A stretch of DNA of 64,000 bases, taken from NCBI GenBank assembly GCA_951406725.2, contig OX597823.1:49042001-49106000 (forward strand), given 5' to 3'. The notes under the pieces were generated by a model, which saw only the letters and a program-made list of their open reading frames with translations, was not told the origin of the DNA and did no database searches. The position numbers were made by a program, and so were the translations under genes. Shown here one piece after another: positions 38,521 to 50,715 of the stretch (the first letter of the stretch is position 1; each line of letters opens with the position of its first letter). Source of the stretch: Octopus vulgaris. Its lineage: Eukaryota.

Positions 38521-39237
38521 CACTGGTCAACAAAAGAAAATTTCTGAAATGGTGTCGAAACACCAAACATCTTTTTATAGCTAATTTGAGGGCACTGAAT
38601 CTGAAAATGACCTTACTTTTCTTGGTTAGCTACTGTTTTTGCTGTACAGAAATACCTCATTTGGGGGAGGAAAAAAGCATTTTTTTCATTTGTTTTCTGT
38701 ATATTTGATATTGATCGATGGCAATATTTCTCAAAGTAAAATCATAGAAACCTCTTAATTCGTATTTAAACCAACAAATATTGGTTTGCTTATTGAGAAA
38801 TACTATTTTTGCAATAAAAATCAAACCCTAAGTTTTTAAAAATAGCATGATTGAATATTCCAAGACCAACAAGTATTTTCATAAAATCGTTAAATAAAAT
38901 AACAGCAGAAATAAAACTTTCGTGAACATAAGATCTATGGTAAAAATTTTCTCCTTCTTGATTGTCTGTCATGTTCAATGTTATTTAAGTCCCTTTTGAT
39001 ACTCCAACAGTAGTCAGCCATCATTCGTTTGTCCCACCATCCCTGGTAGCGCTCTTCCATTTTTTTTGATATTCTGATGGAATCATTCTCCTTGCTCATC
39101 ACTCACATCGCAATTATCCAGAAATTTATCTAGATGGCTAAGGAAAAAAAATGAACCTTAATACTCATATTAGCACCTATGTCCTGTAAACTTTCCAACA
39201 GCTTTTCCACTAACTCCTTGTAGTTTTCAGCCCATGT
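38521..39237 (-). mobile_element. Chapaev3/CMC-like DNA transposon remnant with transposase C-terminus
   Basis: Minus strand ~39237-38990 reads AENYKELVEKLLESLQDIGANMSIKVHF..SHLDKFLDNCDVSDEQGE*FHQNIK.MEERYQGWWDKRMMADYCWSIKR; terminus CACTG at 38521. Confidence 0.7.
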
Positions 39238-41180
39238 CAAAACACTTTGTAGAATTTTATCCATCCTTGCAGTCTGAGTTCAAATTCCACCAAGACTGAC
39301 TTTGCCTTCCATTCTTTCGGGGTAGATAAAATCAAGTACCAGTTAAGTACTGAGATCCATGAAATCAACTTACCCTTCCCCTGACATTGCAGACCTTGTT
39401 CCAAAATTTGAAATCATTGTGAATGTTATGTTATTGAAGTTATTTTTTTTAACGTTGTTATTATTGAATAGACCCCATTAGTTGTGCATGACCAAACTTT
39501 GGCATGGAAATAGTTTTTTGATTGAGCCATCAATGCTGATAATTGTGGTTCTCTTAGTTGTAACCCTCATAGCGTTACTGGAGTTAAGGTTGTATCACTG
39601 TCATATCTAGGATCTTAAACATGCACTCTTTATAATAAATTAGATACATTTTTTACGTTAGATTCCCATTCCTAAATTGTGTTAATTAAGCAATGCAATT
39701 GTTGATGCAGCCCTAATTCAGTTCTGGGAAAAAATGAAGTGAACCTATGATCACAGTCTGTTTATGTATCTGGGACTACATCATCTAAAATGTCCTTTCT
39801 TTATAAGATAATAGGCTGTGATATTTTAGTGGTGTCTGACTATGAAGGCACATGGCCCAATGGTTAGAGCATCAGGCTCACAATCATGACGTAGTGTGTT
39901 CAATTCCAGACAGGGTTGTGTGTTGTGTTTTTGAGCAAGGCACTATTTTCATGTTGCTCCAGTTCACTCATCTGTAGAAATGAGTTGCAGCATCACTGGT
40001 GCCAAGCTGTATCAGCTTTTACCTTTCCCTGGGATAACATTGTTGGTGTGGAGAGGGAAGGCTGGTATGTATGAGTGACTGTTGGTCTTCCATAAAAACC
40101 ACCTTGCCTGGACTTGTGCCTTGGAGGGGAACTTTCTGGGTGCAAATCCGATGATGGCTGTTATTTTAGCAGATTGAGTGGCTTGGCAGAAGTTCCCTCA
40201 TTGCTTTATATTTCCTCATTAGTTTGGATTCCTGTTGTTTTTGTTGCTGATTTTGTCATGGATCTGATATTACTCTGTAAATTTTGTAATATTGCTATTA
40301 ATGTTGTCAAAGTTTTTATAATGATATCATCAAAGATTACTTACAAATTGGTATTGTTTATTTTTCTCATCTATATTCTAAGTTTCATTCAAATTTACTG
40401 GGGTTTTTTTTTTGTAATATGCTTTTTTAAAAATATTAACCCCTTGCAGCCTTATTAACTCCACCAACTTGAGTAGTCTCATTTACCAATAGCATGGCAG
40501 TGGCAGCAGCCGTTCAAGAATTTGGACCTGGAGATCTCCATTTCTAGTGACTTCGGGGGCCATCTCCCAGTGGTGTCTGGCATCAACGAAGAGCCCTCGA
40601 CTACAACAAGTTTTTTTTCTTTTTCAAGGTTTGGGGTCTCCCGCCCCTAAGCCCTAGACCATCACCAAATCACCTTTACTCGTCTTGTTGCTTAGTAATA
40701 ACAACAACAACAGCAGCAGCAGCAAGCTATAAATTTTGACCACCAGATATAATGTGTATATCTAATATATCACTAAGGTTTGTGCTTACACAATTAACTT
40801 TCTGCAGCTAAGTTTGCCTATTACTTAGTAGGTAACACTTAGATCTCTTTCTGTTGAGGTCACACAGTGAGACTGGTGAGCAGTTTGTTGGTTGGCAGTG
40901 CTATGTTGAGTTTCTGTAATGAGGAATATTATGTGTAACATTCTGATGATGTCCTCTCAGGAAATATTTATCTCCTGATTGGACATCATGAAAGAGAGGC
41001 AAGCAACAGCAAAGTGGACTACAGAAGTTGGTGAGTTTATCTGAACATTGATGACTCTTTTTTTGCTATTTGAGAAATAATTTCCTTGTGAAGGAAATAT
41101 TGAAGTATAGTTTCAAAAACGGAAATTTAAAATTTAGAAGCTTTTATTCTACCCAGTGTATACAAAGTGAGTATCTATGG

Positions 41181-41218
<38 letters not shown>

Positions 41219-42865
41219 CTCTCTGTCTCTAATTCTTTTTCAATTAATTTTACACAATCTGCTACAATGCCAAATCTTATATGACTGACAATTTTTTTTT
41301 CTCCAAGAGTAGCTACTTATCATAGAAAGTATGAAGCCAATAAATTGAAATATGAATTTCTTTAGTTTCTATCAACCACAGAATTCTTCTTTATGATTTT
41401 ACTGATTCACCTTTAAGTGGAATTTTGTTTAAAATATTGAATTCAACTGTTAGAACCTAGATAAGATTTAAATGATCAGTCAGAGGAAACTAAGCAACTG
41501 GTCTGTTCCAAGTGCATATTTGTTTGTAGTTCAAGAATTTAATCTGTTAGTCATATATATATATATGTCTGATAACTAAAAAATCCCAGAATACATTGTT
41601 TAATAAAATTCTGTTGGTAATATTTAGCTTCTTGAATAAAAGATTTTCCTTCACTCTAATTTCTCCCCTGTTCCCATAATATGTGTAGTCATCTTCATAG
41701 CAATTAATCTCTGGCTCTTTTAATATTCTGGTGCCTTTAAAGCAAAGTTCTTGTCAAACAAGTGAACTATAAAAGAAGTACTGAAGTGTCCCCATTTTAA
41801 AGTCACTCAACATTGCCAATATATTGATTAAAACTGCATCAAAGAACCACTTCATAAATGATTTTACAAACTTCCTTTCATAAAACAACATTCAAAAGAG
41901 AAATATTGAAATAGACTTTAAAAAAATACTTCCTGAACATAAGATCACACGAGCTGGAGAAAATAGTGAACTTTATATCAATGATGGTTCGCTGTATACA
42001 GATAACGATAATTAAAACAATTATCTCATTTAAATCCACTACTTAATTATTAGAAGAATATTCTTGAGTAATTACATTTATATATTGTCAGTTCTCAGTT
42101 TTTCTGGTTAATAACATAAAATTGACATAACTTTGCAATTAAAAGTTGTATTTTTCAGTTGGGAAATATGCATATTATGGACAGGGTATCAAACCTTTTC
42201 AGAAAATTAACCACAAAGTATAAATAAAATTATACTGAATAAAATTGTTAACAAGAGTAAATACATTGTAGGTTGTGATCCTATTCAGCTGCAGATATTT
42301 GAAATGAAAACAAACTTTTATAATTTATTATTGCAATTAAGAGGGAAATTCGTTATATCGATTGGTATTAAATTAGAAAGAGAGAAACTAAATTTTACAA
42401 AAGAAAAAAAAAGGTGGGCTTTGTATATCTACTAGATATCATGTATTGATCCAAATAATTGATCACAATGCTTACAATGCTTATTTGATGAATTACATAT
42501 ATTTGTATCTTATCTATATTATCCTTTTTTTTTTAAAAAAGTATGAAATAGAGAAAAGAAATTCAGCTTATTTAGGATTGCAAGACTAACAGTAAAAGAA
42601 CCCCACCAAAATATCCATTTAAAAGATAATTACATTTTAAGATATTAAATGAGAATGTCTACAAATATACTCAAGTTTGAAATAAAAAGTTGGTAAAATC
42701 TTTAAAAAAAAATAAGGATTTGAGAAAGAAATATATGTGAAGAAATAGATTCAGATAGATAAAATATAAAATATATAGTTACATAAATTGTATAAGTAGG
42801 GCACTAATTTATACATTGACATATACAGACATACAAAAAAGAGCATATAATATTTCATACAAACA

Positions 42866-42901
<36 letters not shown>

Positions 42902-42953
42902 TCAGATTAGTGATTTTTGGTTGTTTAATTGTAAATAACCCACCCATACTATT

Positions 42954-43018
<65 letters not shown>

Positions 43019-43826
43019 ATATACATATATATATATATATATATATACATACACATATATATATATTTGTATATGTGTTTATAAGTTACTATGCATGTAT
43101 ATCTGGAACAGGAGGGTTGCATGTACTTATAAAATATATCCAACTATGTGTCTGCATATATGCATATATTTATCTGAGCACTGGTTAAATTGTTTATGTT
43201 GGAATATATTTTTTGTACTTCAGTATTCAAATATTTGTATAATTGTCAGTTTCATATGTGTATATATATTTAGTACAAAAAAAAAACAGAATGGCTCAAG
43301 CGCCAAGAGTTTCATATGTTAGCTCTTATGAAGCTTAATAAAACACAAAAACACACACACACACACACACATAATGTATGTATGTACGAATATACCTATC
43401 ACCATCATCGTCATCAGTCAGCAACCATTTTCCATTATGGCTTGAGTTCGATGGTTAGATTGGAATTGGCAAGCTGGAGAGCTGTAGTAGGCTCCAGTCT
43501 GTTTTGGTTTAGTTTCTATGACTGGATATCCTTCCTAAAGCCAACCATTTCACAGAGTGTACTAGGTACCTTTTATTTCTTTATTACCCACAAGGGGCCA
43601 ACGAAGAATGGGACAATACATCATGATTTGGGGTCATGAGACACAGATGGTATTTACAGAAAAAATGAACTTTTTTTTTTTTTTAAATTACAAAAAATCG
43701 GATAAATCGAATGATATACAACAACAACACAACATAAAGGTAACACATGAAGCGGGAACACCAGGATTGCCGACCCCACGAGCCCTGCTATTCCCACCGA
43801 AACTCGGCAGCCAACCTACAGCATGT

Positions 43827-46800
43827 TTACGTGGCTCCTCTCACTCGCAGCAACCGTGCCACACGCTTCCATATTTTATCGAACTCACACGCAGACAGAC
43901 ACCTCTTCTCCAACTCCACCTTTCTTTTTAGGTGGAACCTGAAATAGGTCACCAAGGCGGAGCCAGAGATCACGGTGCCTGTCGTTACCGCTTTCATTCT
44001 GGTCTTCCATATACACTCTTTCGCTACTGCTACTGTACTGAGAAAGCAATGCTTACCTTCACTTGTCAAAAAGCTAGGCGAGTCAATTTTTATAATTGTC
44101 TCAGCCGATAGCTGTACTCTTCTTCCGTCCGACAACAGGTGTTCGGCATATACCCACACGTCCGAGACTTTCGGACACTGAACAATAGCGTGCGAGACTG
44201 TTTCCAGATCCCGCTCGCATCTTGGACAGTTCGATGGTCCACTCCAACCATGCCTTGTGAGTTTATCCCGAACGGGTAAAGCTCCTCTGAAACATTGCCA
44301 GGTCAAAGACTTCTGGAAGTTATCCAATGTCTTCGGCCCGAACGTCCTTCGGAACAGGCTGTCCAACTGATTTCTATCGAGGCCCAAGGTCCTTCCTAAG
44401 GCATCGTCATTTCCGGCATCTACCAACCTGCTATAAAAAGCTGAGGTGGTACCAAAGCCGCCGGCATTGCCCGACTTGCGGAAGTGGCAGAGTGCCTTAT
44501 GGCACTCCGAATACCACATGCTCGATCTAAGTCTGCGACGAAACCAGGTTTCTCTGCCACCGAAACTGACAAAGCTGGGGAACATCTGCTTCGCAAGCGG
44601 GGACCACACCCGTTCACCATCCAGGTAGAGCCAAAGGTGCCTTAACCTCAGCGCATCTCTGCGCATCATCAGCCAAGGCATCCCCAAGCCACCCTTTAAC
44701 GGTTTCTGACAACAGATAGAACGTCTTACAAGAGGAGCACTTCCCTTCCACAAAAAGTGGAAGATCTGTCTCTCCAACTTGCTCAACCACGAATCCGGAC
44801 AAGGGACGACGGTCAGGCGGTAGGTGATGACCGATGCTAAAAACACATTGGCCACCTCCGCCCTCCCTTTCAAGGACAGCCACCGTCCGGACCAAGTCCC
44901 GACCGCGTGAGCCACCTTGCCCGACACCTCAGACCAGTTCTTTTCTATCTGGAGACCTGGACCAAACCAGATCCCTAGCAGCTTAACCGGGCCCTCCGTC
45001 CAGCATCCCACGATGCTATTCGAAGGCATCGACTTGCCCCTCCAGGTGCCGAGTTGCAAGCCGACCGATTTTTCCCGGTTAATCTTTGCTCCTGTCACCG
45101 TCTCGTAAGCCTTGATGGCATCTCCCACATTACGTAGGAGTTCCACCTCGGTCACGATGATGGTGATGTCGTCCGCATACGATGTCACAGATCCTCCACC
45201 TCCTGGATTCATCGGGATGGCGCTCAGCTTTCGCAGCAATGGCTCAAGAGCCATCACATACAAAATCGGGGAGAGCGGACACCCTTGACGAACAGACTGT
45301 TTGATGCGGAACGGCCTCGAGAGGAAGCCATTCACCCGAACGATCGAGTCGATGTTATCGTACAATTGTATGATCCACCTGAGGAAGCCAATGCCCAGAC
45401 CGAACTGCGCCAGCACGGACACCAGGTACCGATGGTTCACCCTATCAAACGCTTTACTCTGGTCTAAATGGACCAATGCCCCACCCTTGCCAGAGTCATT
45501 CCCAAACCTCTCTATTGTGTAGCGTACTAGGTGAAGATTGTCCTGGATGGTTCTTCCTGGGACCGCACAAGTTTGTGCCTTCCCGATCAGACCACCCGCG
45601 ACACGCGTCAACCTTTTCGCTAACACCTTGGCCAAAATCTTCACCTCTGTGTTTAGCAGTGTGATGGGCCGAAAATTGTCTATGTTATCCCCCTTGCTCG
45701 GGTCCTTTCTGATCAGCGTCACCACTCCCCGACGTACAGATCTGAGAATGAACCCATTCTGCCGCCAGTTCGTGAAAACGCCGGCCAGCACGTTCCCGAA
45801 CAAGTCTGGCATTCTTTTATATATTTCGTAAGGTAAACCATCGATCCCCGGCGCCTTGCCTTCACCGCAGTCGGCCAGGACCTCAGCTATCTCCTCAGGC
45901 GAGATCGACGCTTCACAGCTCTCCGCATCCTGCCCCGAGAGGCGCGGCAGCCCGGCGAGGATGTCCGTTAGGTCCACCCTCTCCTCCGGTCCGCCGTCGC
46001 CCCCAAAGAGCCGAGCGAAGTGCTCCTGAAACGTCCGACACATCTCCTCTGGTTCGGTGATCACATCACCTCGCCCATTCGTCACAGACTTAATTGTGGA
46101 ATCGTTTCCACGTTGAGCCTCCACAACTCGTGCCCATCCGGCAGCCTTGATACCCTCGCACCCCATTGCGCGAATTCTAGCTCTGACGATACAACCCATA
46201 TGTTGGGCTTCGAGGTGCTGGTTCAACTCCAGTCTCTTCAGCCTAACCTGGGCCCCATCGCCAGCTCTCATGGCTTCCTCTAAGGCCTTAACTAGCCCCA
46301 TCTCTTTCTTACGCCCACTAGTTGCTAGACCTATGCTGTATCTAACGGACTCGTATTTTATGGCTCTTTTGAGGGCGTACCACCATTTGTTGTTAATGAT
46401 GGAACCGGTTAACGCCCTCTTCACTACTAACTCGATCCGCTTTCTGTACTCCTCAATAGTCAGGAGGGACTTATTGAGTTTCCAGTAGCCGGATCCCCTA
46501 CTACCTAACTTATCTAGGTTCAGTTCGCCAGTGACCATCCTGTGATCGCTGTAACTGACCGTGTGAAACTGTGGACACTTAACTAATCCTTTATCTATTT
46601 TTCTAATAAAAATTCTGTCTATGTAAGACCCGACAGACCCGTCGCCACTTAACCACGTCCACTGTGGAGCGTTCGGGAATTCAAGTCTGTAGGGATCTAC
46701 CAGCTGAAAGCGACTCAGTAGATCCCGGAAGCCAGCGTTTGGTTTCCTATCTTTCGAGCCAATGCCATCGACGCGCGCGTCGACTATGGCATTAAAGTCC

Positions 46801-47213
46801 CCTAACATGACTATGGATTTTGACGTGCCAAGAAACTTCTCCAAGCCTCGATAAAAATCAGTCTGACCCGTATTAGGTGCATACACCGCCACCAGCCTGA
46901 TTTCTTTACCACAACTGAACGTCAGATCTAAGACGACCAGCCTACCTTCTGAATCAGAAAAAATCAACTTTTTCTCTGCGACACTATATTTTTTAAGCAG
47001 AACCAACACCCCACTCCCGCCCACATGCCGTCCAGGAGAAATAAATTTCTCGTAGCCTTCCATGAGCGGGAGTAGATCTCTTGGCCCTTCGATTCGTGTC
47101 TCAGTAGCGACAATTACATTTAAGTTCCGCGCCCTGATATCGTTTAGAAAACGACCTTGTTTCCAGTTCGCTACCAGGACGCGCACATTTATGCAACCAA
47201 CGTAAACAGCCAT
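43827..47213 (-). CDS. LINE ORF2: APE endonuclease + reverse transcriptase + C-terminal zinc finger (1128 aa, uninterrupted)
   Basis: APE motifs ATETR, VYAPN, GDFNA, YIDRIF, SDH; RT motifs KAPGIDGLP, FRPITLLNTEVKILAK, DQSKAFDRV, VRQGCPLSP, SYADD; zinc finger CPRC...ETVSHAIVQCP. Confidence 0.96.
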   Translation of the reverse strand: MAVYVGCINVRVLVANWKQGRFLNDIRARNLNVIVATETRIEGPRDLLPLMEGYEKFISPGRHVGGSGVLVLLKKYSVAEKKLIFSDSEGRLVVLDLTFSCGKEIRLVAVYAPNTGQTDFYRGLEKFLGTSKSIVMLGDFNAIVDARVDGIGSKDRKPNAGFRDLLSRFQLVDPYRLEFPNAPQWTWLSGDGSVGSYIDRIFIRKIDKGLVKCPQFHTVSYSDHRMVTGELNLDKLGSRGSGYWKLNKSLLTIEEYRKRIELVVKRALTGSIINNKWWYALKRAIKYESVRYSIGLATSGRKKEMGLVKALEEAMRAGDGAQVRLKRLELNQHLEAQHMGCIVRARIRAMGCEGIKAAGWARVVEAQRGNDSTIKSVTNGRGDVITEPEEMCRTFQEHFARLFGGDGGPEERVDLTDILAGLPRLSGQDAESCEASISPEEIAEVLADCGEGKAPGIDGLPYEIYKRMPDLFGNVLAGVFTNWRQNGFILRSVRRGVVTLIRKDPSKGDNIDNFRPITLLNTEVKILAKVLAKRLTRVAGGLIGKAQTCAVPGRTIQDNLHLVRYTIERFGNDSGKGGALVHLDQSKAFDRVNHRYLVSVLAQFGLGIGFLRWIIQLYDNIDSIVRVNGFLSRPFRIKQSVRQGCPLSPILYVMALEPLLRKLSAIPMNPGGGGSVTSYADDITIIVTEVELLRNVGDAIKAYETVTGAKINREKSVGLQLGTWRGKSMPSNSIVGCWTEGPVKLLGIWFGPGLQIEKNWSEVSGKVAHAVGTWSGRWLSLKGRAEVANVFLASVITYRLTVVPCPDSWLSKLERQIFHFLWKGSAPLVRRSICCQKPLKGGLGMPWLMMRRDALRLRHLWLYLDGERVWSPLAKQMFPSFVSFGGRETWFRRRLRSSMWYSECHKALCHFRKSGNAGGFGTTSAFYSRLVDAGNDDALGRTLGLDRNQLDSLFRRTFGPKTLDNFQKSLTWQCFRGALPVRDKLTRHGWSGPSNCPRCERDLETVSHAIVQCPKVSDVWVYAEHLLSDGRRVQLSAETIIKIDSPSFLTSEGKHCFLSTVAVAKECIWKTRMKAVTTGTVISGSALVTYFRFHLKRKVELEKRCLSACEFDKIWKRVARLLRVRGAT

Positions 47214-47225
47214 AGTTTGCCTACC

Positions 47226-48135
47226 TTATTTCCTCTGGGTCCGGCTGGCGGGGGGACCCGTCTCTTCTGCCTCAGATGAACGTGGACTCGGCGCGTTGTT
47301 GTTCTTTCTTTCTGCATCCTTCAGGGCATCCTCCTTGCTCATTCTGGGTGTGCCTACGTCTTTTCTAAAGTCGTTTGCATACGTGTTGAACCCTTTCAGT
47401 CCCATCACGTAGCATCTCCAGCCTCCACCTTTCGCTTCCATCTCCACCTCCTCGACGTGTTGAGTCTCCACTCTGCGTACCACTTCTCTGTTTGCGGTAT
47501 TCATCGCCACATACACCCTGTTCTCCCTCTCCGGCTTCTTCGCCTTCTTTACTTCTCTCTTCTCTTTGCTTATAATTTTCTCCGGGGAGGGGTTGTTGTG
47601 CTTTCGTTTTGTCGCAGCAACCTGTGACCACCCCTCCCCTACTTCTGTTGCGGCTGTCGTTTCTGTAGCCGCCACTTGAGCACTTGGTTTTGTGGGTACG
47701 CTCTTTTCCTTCTCCGCCGGCTTACAGTCCTTTTTGATGTGGCCCTTCTTGCCACAGGTGAAACACCTGGGCTTCCGGCCCTCCACCATTACTGCCATCC
47801 GGCTCTCTCCTATTTCGATGACCTCGCCTATCTCTTCCAAGGCGACCTGCTCTGCCTGTACAATAATTTGTACTTTCTGTCCATGCCACTTTTTGGCTTC
47901 TACCACCGTGGCATCACGCACTTCCATTTGGTCTTCCAGTCCTGCAGTGACCCCAGCCACTATCAGTTCGGGCTCGATCTCCGGCGGTATGTTGGCAACC
48001 GTAATTTTTGAAATACGCCTTCCTCTATAGATAGGTAGAAGGGTTATTGTGCCTGTTTTTAGGGGCTTCATTGAATGTTCCCTCGCTTCTTCTTCTGTCT
48101 TGAACCTAGTTTCCACAGTTCCGTACCTCTTACCC
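47226..48135 (-). CDS. LINE ORF1 (gag-like, CCHC zinc knuckle), N-terminally truncated
   Basis: CFTCGKKGHIKKDC knuckle. The track start at 48116 is GTG and the frame stays open (GKRYGT) up to the TSD, so the true start is missing. Confidence 0.88.
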
Positions 48136-48186
48136 TGTACTAGGTACCTTTAACATGTCACTGGCATGGGCGCCTATATATATATA

Positions 48187-49456
48187 TTGGGTCATCATAT
48201 AAATAATGCGTTTTTTTCAGTTGCATGAACTAAAAGTTGGAGGGAGACAGGATAAACTACCTGTATCAACATGCTATAAAAGCTGGTAGTAATTCTACCT
48301 CGTTATTATTCTTAGTGAAAGTTTTGAAGAGTGCAGTTTGATTTTAACAGTTATTTTCTCAAAGCTGTGATGAAAGTGACAAAGGAACATATTTGGCATA
48401 TTTTGCTTTATGAGTTCAATAAAGGCAACAACGCAACAGAAAGTGCGAGAAATATTAATGCAGTATATGGAGTTCGTACAAGTGTAAGCCAGTGTCAGTG
48501 GAGGTTTTAGAAATTCTGAGCCAAAAACTACAGTCTAGAAGCCAAGCCTCATCCTGTAAGGTATGTAGAGCTTGAAGAGGATGTCCTGCAAAATCTGGTG
48601 GAACAAAATCCCATCGTAACTGTTGAGGAACAAGGAGAGAAGCTTGGATTTGGTCATTCAACCATTCATCGACACCTGAGTGCCATCAGAAAAGTCAGCA
48701 AAGTAGGTCAGTGGGTTCCTCACAAACTTTCCGAGTCTAATCACGTGTAGAGAGTGAACGTGTGCTCTTCTTTGCTGTTATGTCTCACAAATGAACCTTT
48801 TTGGATGGAATAGTGACTGGTGATGAGAAATAGCTTCTCTATAAAAATTTCAAGTGCTGAAGACAGTTGGTAGGGAAAGGAGAAACATAGGCACTCCAGG
48901 CTACAGAAGGTCTTAACCCACGTAAGGTGTTGTTATCTATTGGTGGGATATGAAAGGTTTAGTCCAGTTTTAACTTTTAAACCCAAACCAAACAATAACA
49001 AAGGAGATCTACTGTGAGCAGCTTGGGTGGCTTAAGTCAGTGCAAGAAGAAAAATGACCATCTTTGGTTTTACGACAAAAGGTTTTCTTCTATCAGGATA
49101 ATGTTTGGCCACATACAGTGAGGATGACATTGCAAAGGCTGGAGCAGTTTGAATAGGAAATGAGGCCCCACCCACCATGTCTGCTGGACTTTGTCATTAA
49201 TTCTGCAGTCTTCAAAATAATTTGGAGAGATAGAATATGAATTCTGTAGACGAGGTCAGAACAGTTCTGGAGAAGTATTTTTCATTATGGACAAGTGAAT
49301 TTTGGAAGAGGGGCCTTGCAAGTCTATCAGAGAGATGGAAGAACATGGAAGAAAATGAAGGAGAGTATATTTTAGATTAAGAAAGAACTTTGTTTATCTT
49401 AATTCTGAAAAATGAAAGAAGTATTAAAAAACTGCATTATTTAAGGGATGACCCAA
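48187..49456 (+). mobile_element. Near full-length decayed mariner (DD34D-type) transposon
   Basis: TIRs ttgggtcatcatataaataatgcgttttt / aaaaactgcattatttaagggatgacccaa with TA flanks; transposase relics MKVTKEHIWHILLYEFNKG, WVPHKL, IVTGDEK*, QDNVWPH. Confidence 0.92.
48370..49380 (+). pseudogene. Mariner transposase pseudogene
   Basis: ATG at 48370 to TAA at 49380 with multiple stops and frameshifts. Confidence 0.88.
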
Positions 49457-49586
49457 TATATATGTACGTCATTATTCAGTTTAAGAAAGAACTTTGTTTA
49501 TCTTAATTCTGAAAAATGAAAGAAGTATTAAAAAACTGCATTATTTAAGGGATGTCCCAATATATATGTACGTCATTATTCAGTTT
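49377..49586. repeat. 104-bp tandem duplication including the mariner right TIR
   Basis: ttaagaaagaactttg...gtcattattcagt at 49377-49480 and again from 49481. Confidence 0.9.
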
Positions 49587-50715
49587 ATTTCGGGATTTCT
49601 TGCCAATAGAGAAAGAAGCAGTTTCTAACCTAGATCCAAGGCTCCTTCATTGGAATTTCAACATCAACAACAGGGTATTTTTGTTTGTATGTATGTATGT
49701 ATGTATGTATGTATGTATGTATGTATGCTTGTATGTATGTGCAGATTTGTATGTTTTATGTGTGTATTCTCATGCATAGAGTTGCATATCTAGACATGCT
49801 CATAAATATTTAAATGATAAACTTCTGGCAAGTTTTACAGATCTTTACAGTTTCAGTGATGGATTGGATCTGTAGTCTTCAAATTAGCTTTGTCCTTTCT
49901 GGTTTTGAGAAGCCTAATTTCTCAAGATTGGTATTTAGGCAGTGTGTTACATATCCCAGGGCCCCCAATAATTACAGGTATAAATATGAACTTGTAATCT
50001 GGATAGTGTAACTTCAGATATCTCAATAGTTCAGCATAGGTGTTTTCTTTTTCACTAATCTTCAGCTATATGTTAACATCTGCTGGACATTCAATTTCCG
50101 CAACTGTGCACAGTTTCTCTTCTCTATCCTAAATCATTATATCAGGTCTGTTGTGCTTACATTTATTGAGGTCTTCACTGGTACATTCCACCTGTATTCC
50201 TTTTTATTATGAGTGGCTATGGCTCCTACCATACTGTGGGTTCTTATTTCCTTGTCCTCGGAATTATCCTTCCAACGGATTTCTTTATACAGTGTCCTTG
50301 CGACAACATCATGTCTCATCGGTAGATGTTACCCTGATGATATTTTCAGACAACTGCTTATGATGTGGGTGATATTTTCAGTGTGAACTCCACAAAGTCT
50401 GCATTGGCTGTCACATTATACTGCTTTCCCTGCATCTCTGTCCCTTTTGTGCATCAGGTACTTGGTTGATATTTACTGTTCCTAAATTGAAAGTGGGAGG
50501 TAGCAATCGAGCTACTGGTCCATGATAAACTGCTTTGATGATTGATGTTGCTATCATCACTGAGCTTTCTACTAACATGTCCATGCATAGTTTTCTGCTC
50601 TTATAGGCTCATCCTTTCATCTGATGATACGTTGCAGTAGAGTCTTGTGCCTTCTTTGGGCATGTATTCTAGGTTATTAGACAAAGAGTGTTGCTCAAGG
50701 AGCTGCCTTCCAATT
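49570..50715 (-). mobile_element. R4/Dong-like (RLE-type) LINE 3' fragment
   Basis: Minus strand relics CRLCGVHTENITHIISSC, RHDVVAR, RPDIMI*DREEKLCTVAEIECP, FIPVIIGALGYV: CCHC plus restriction-like endonuclease motifs. Confidence 0.8.

Larger units (their letters stand above)
43574..48135 (-). mobile_element. L1/Tx1-type non-LTR retrotransposon, 5'-truncated, 16-bp TSD
   Basis: TSD tgtactaggtaccttt at 43558-43573 and 48136-48151; AATAAA near the 3' end; GC/CpG-rich relative to flanks; two ORFs 12 nt apart. Confidence 0.95.

Noticed and set aside
40941-40993. Hairpin as a SECIS element, C/D snoRNA or hammerhead
   Set aside because: GA-quartet register is wrong for SECIS, there is no terminal stem for a C/D pair, and GAAA is offset from the stem with no stems I and III.
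43671-43684. T14 run as the LINE poly(A) tail
   Set aside because: The TSD and AATAAA place the true 3' end at 43574, so this run is internal to the 3' UTR.
43975-48030. Plus-strand and alternative-frame ORFs within the LINE
   Set aside because: Shadow ORFs expected in GC-rich coding sequence.
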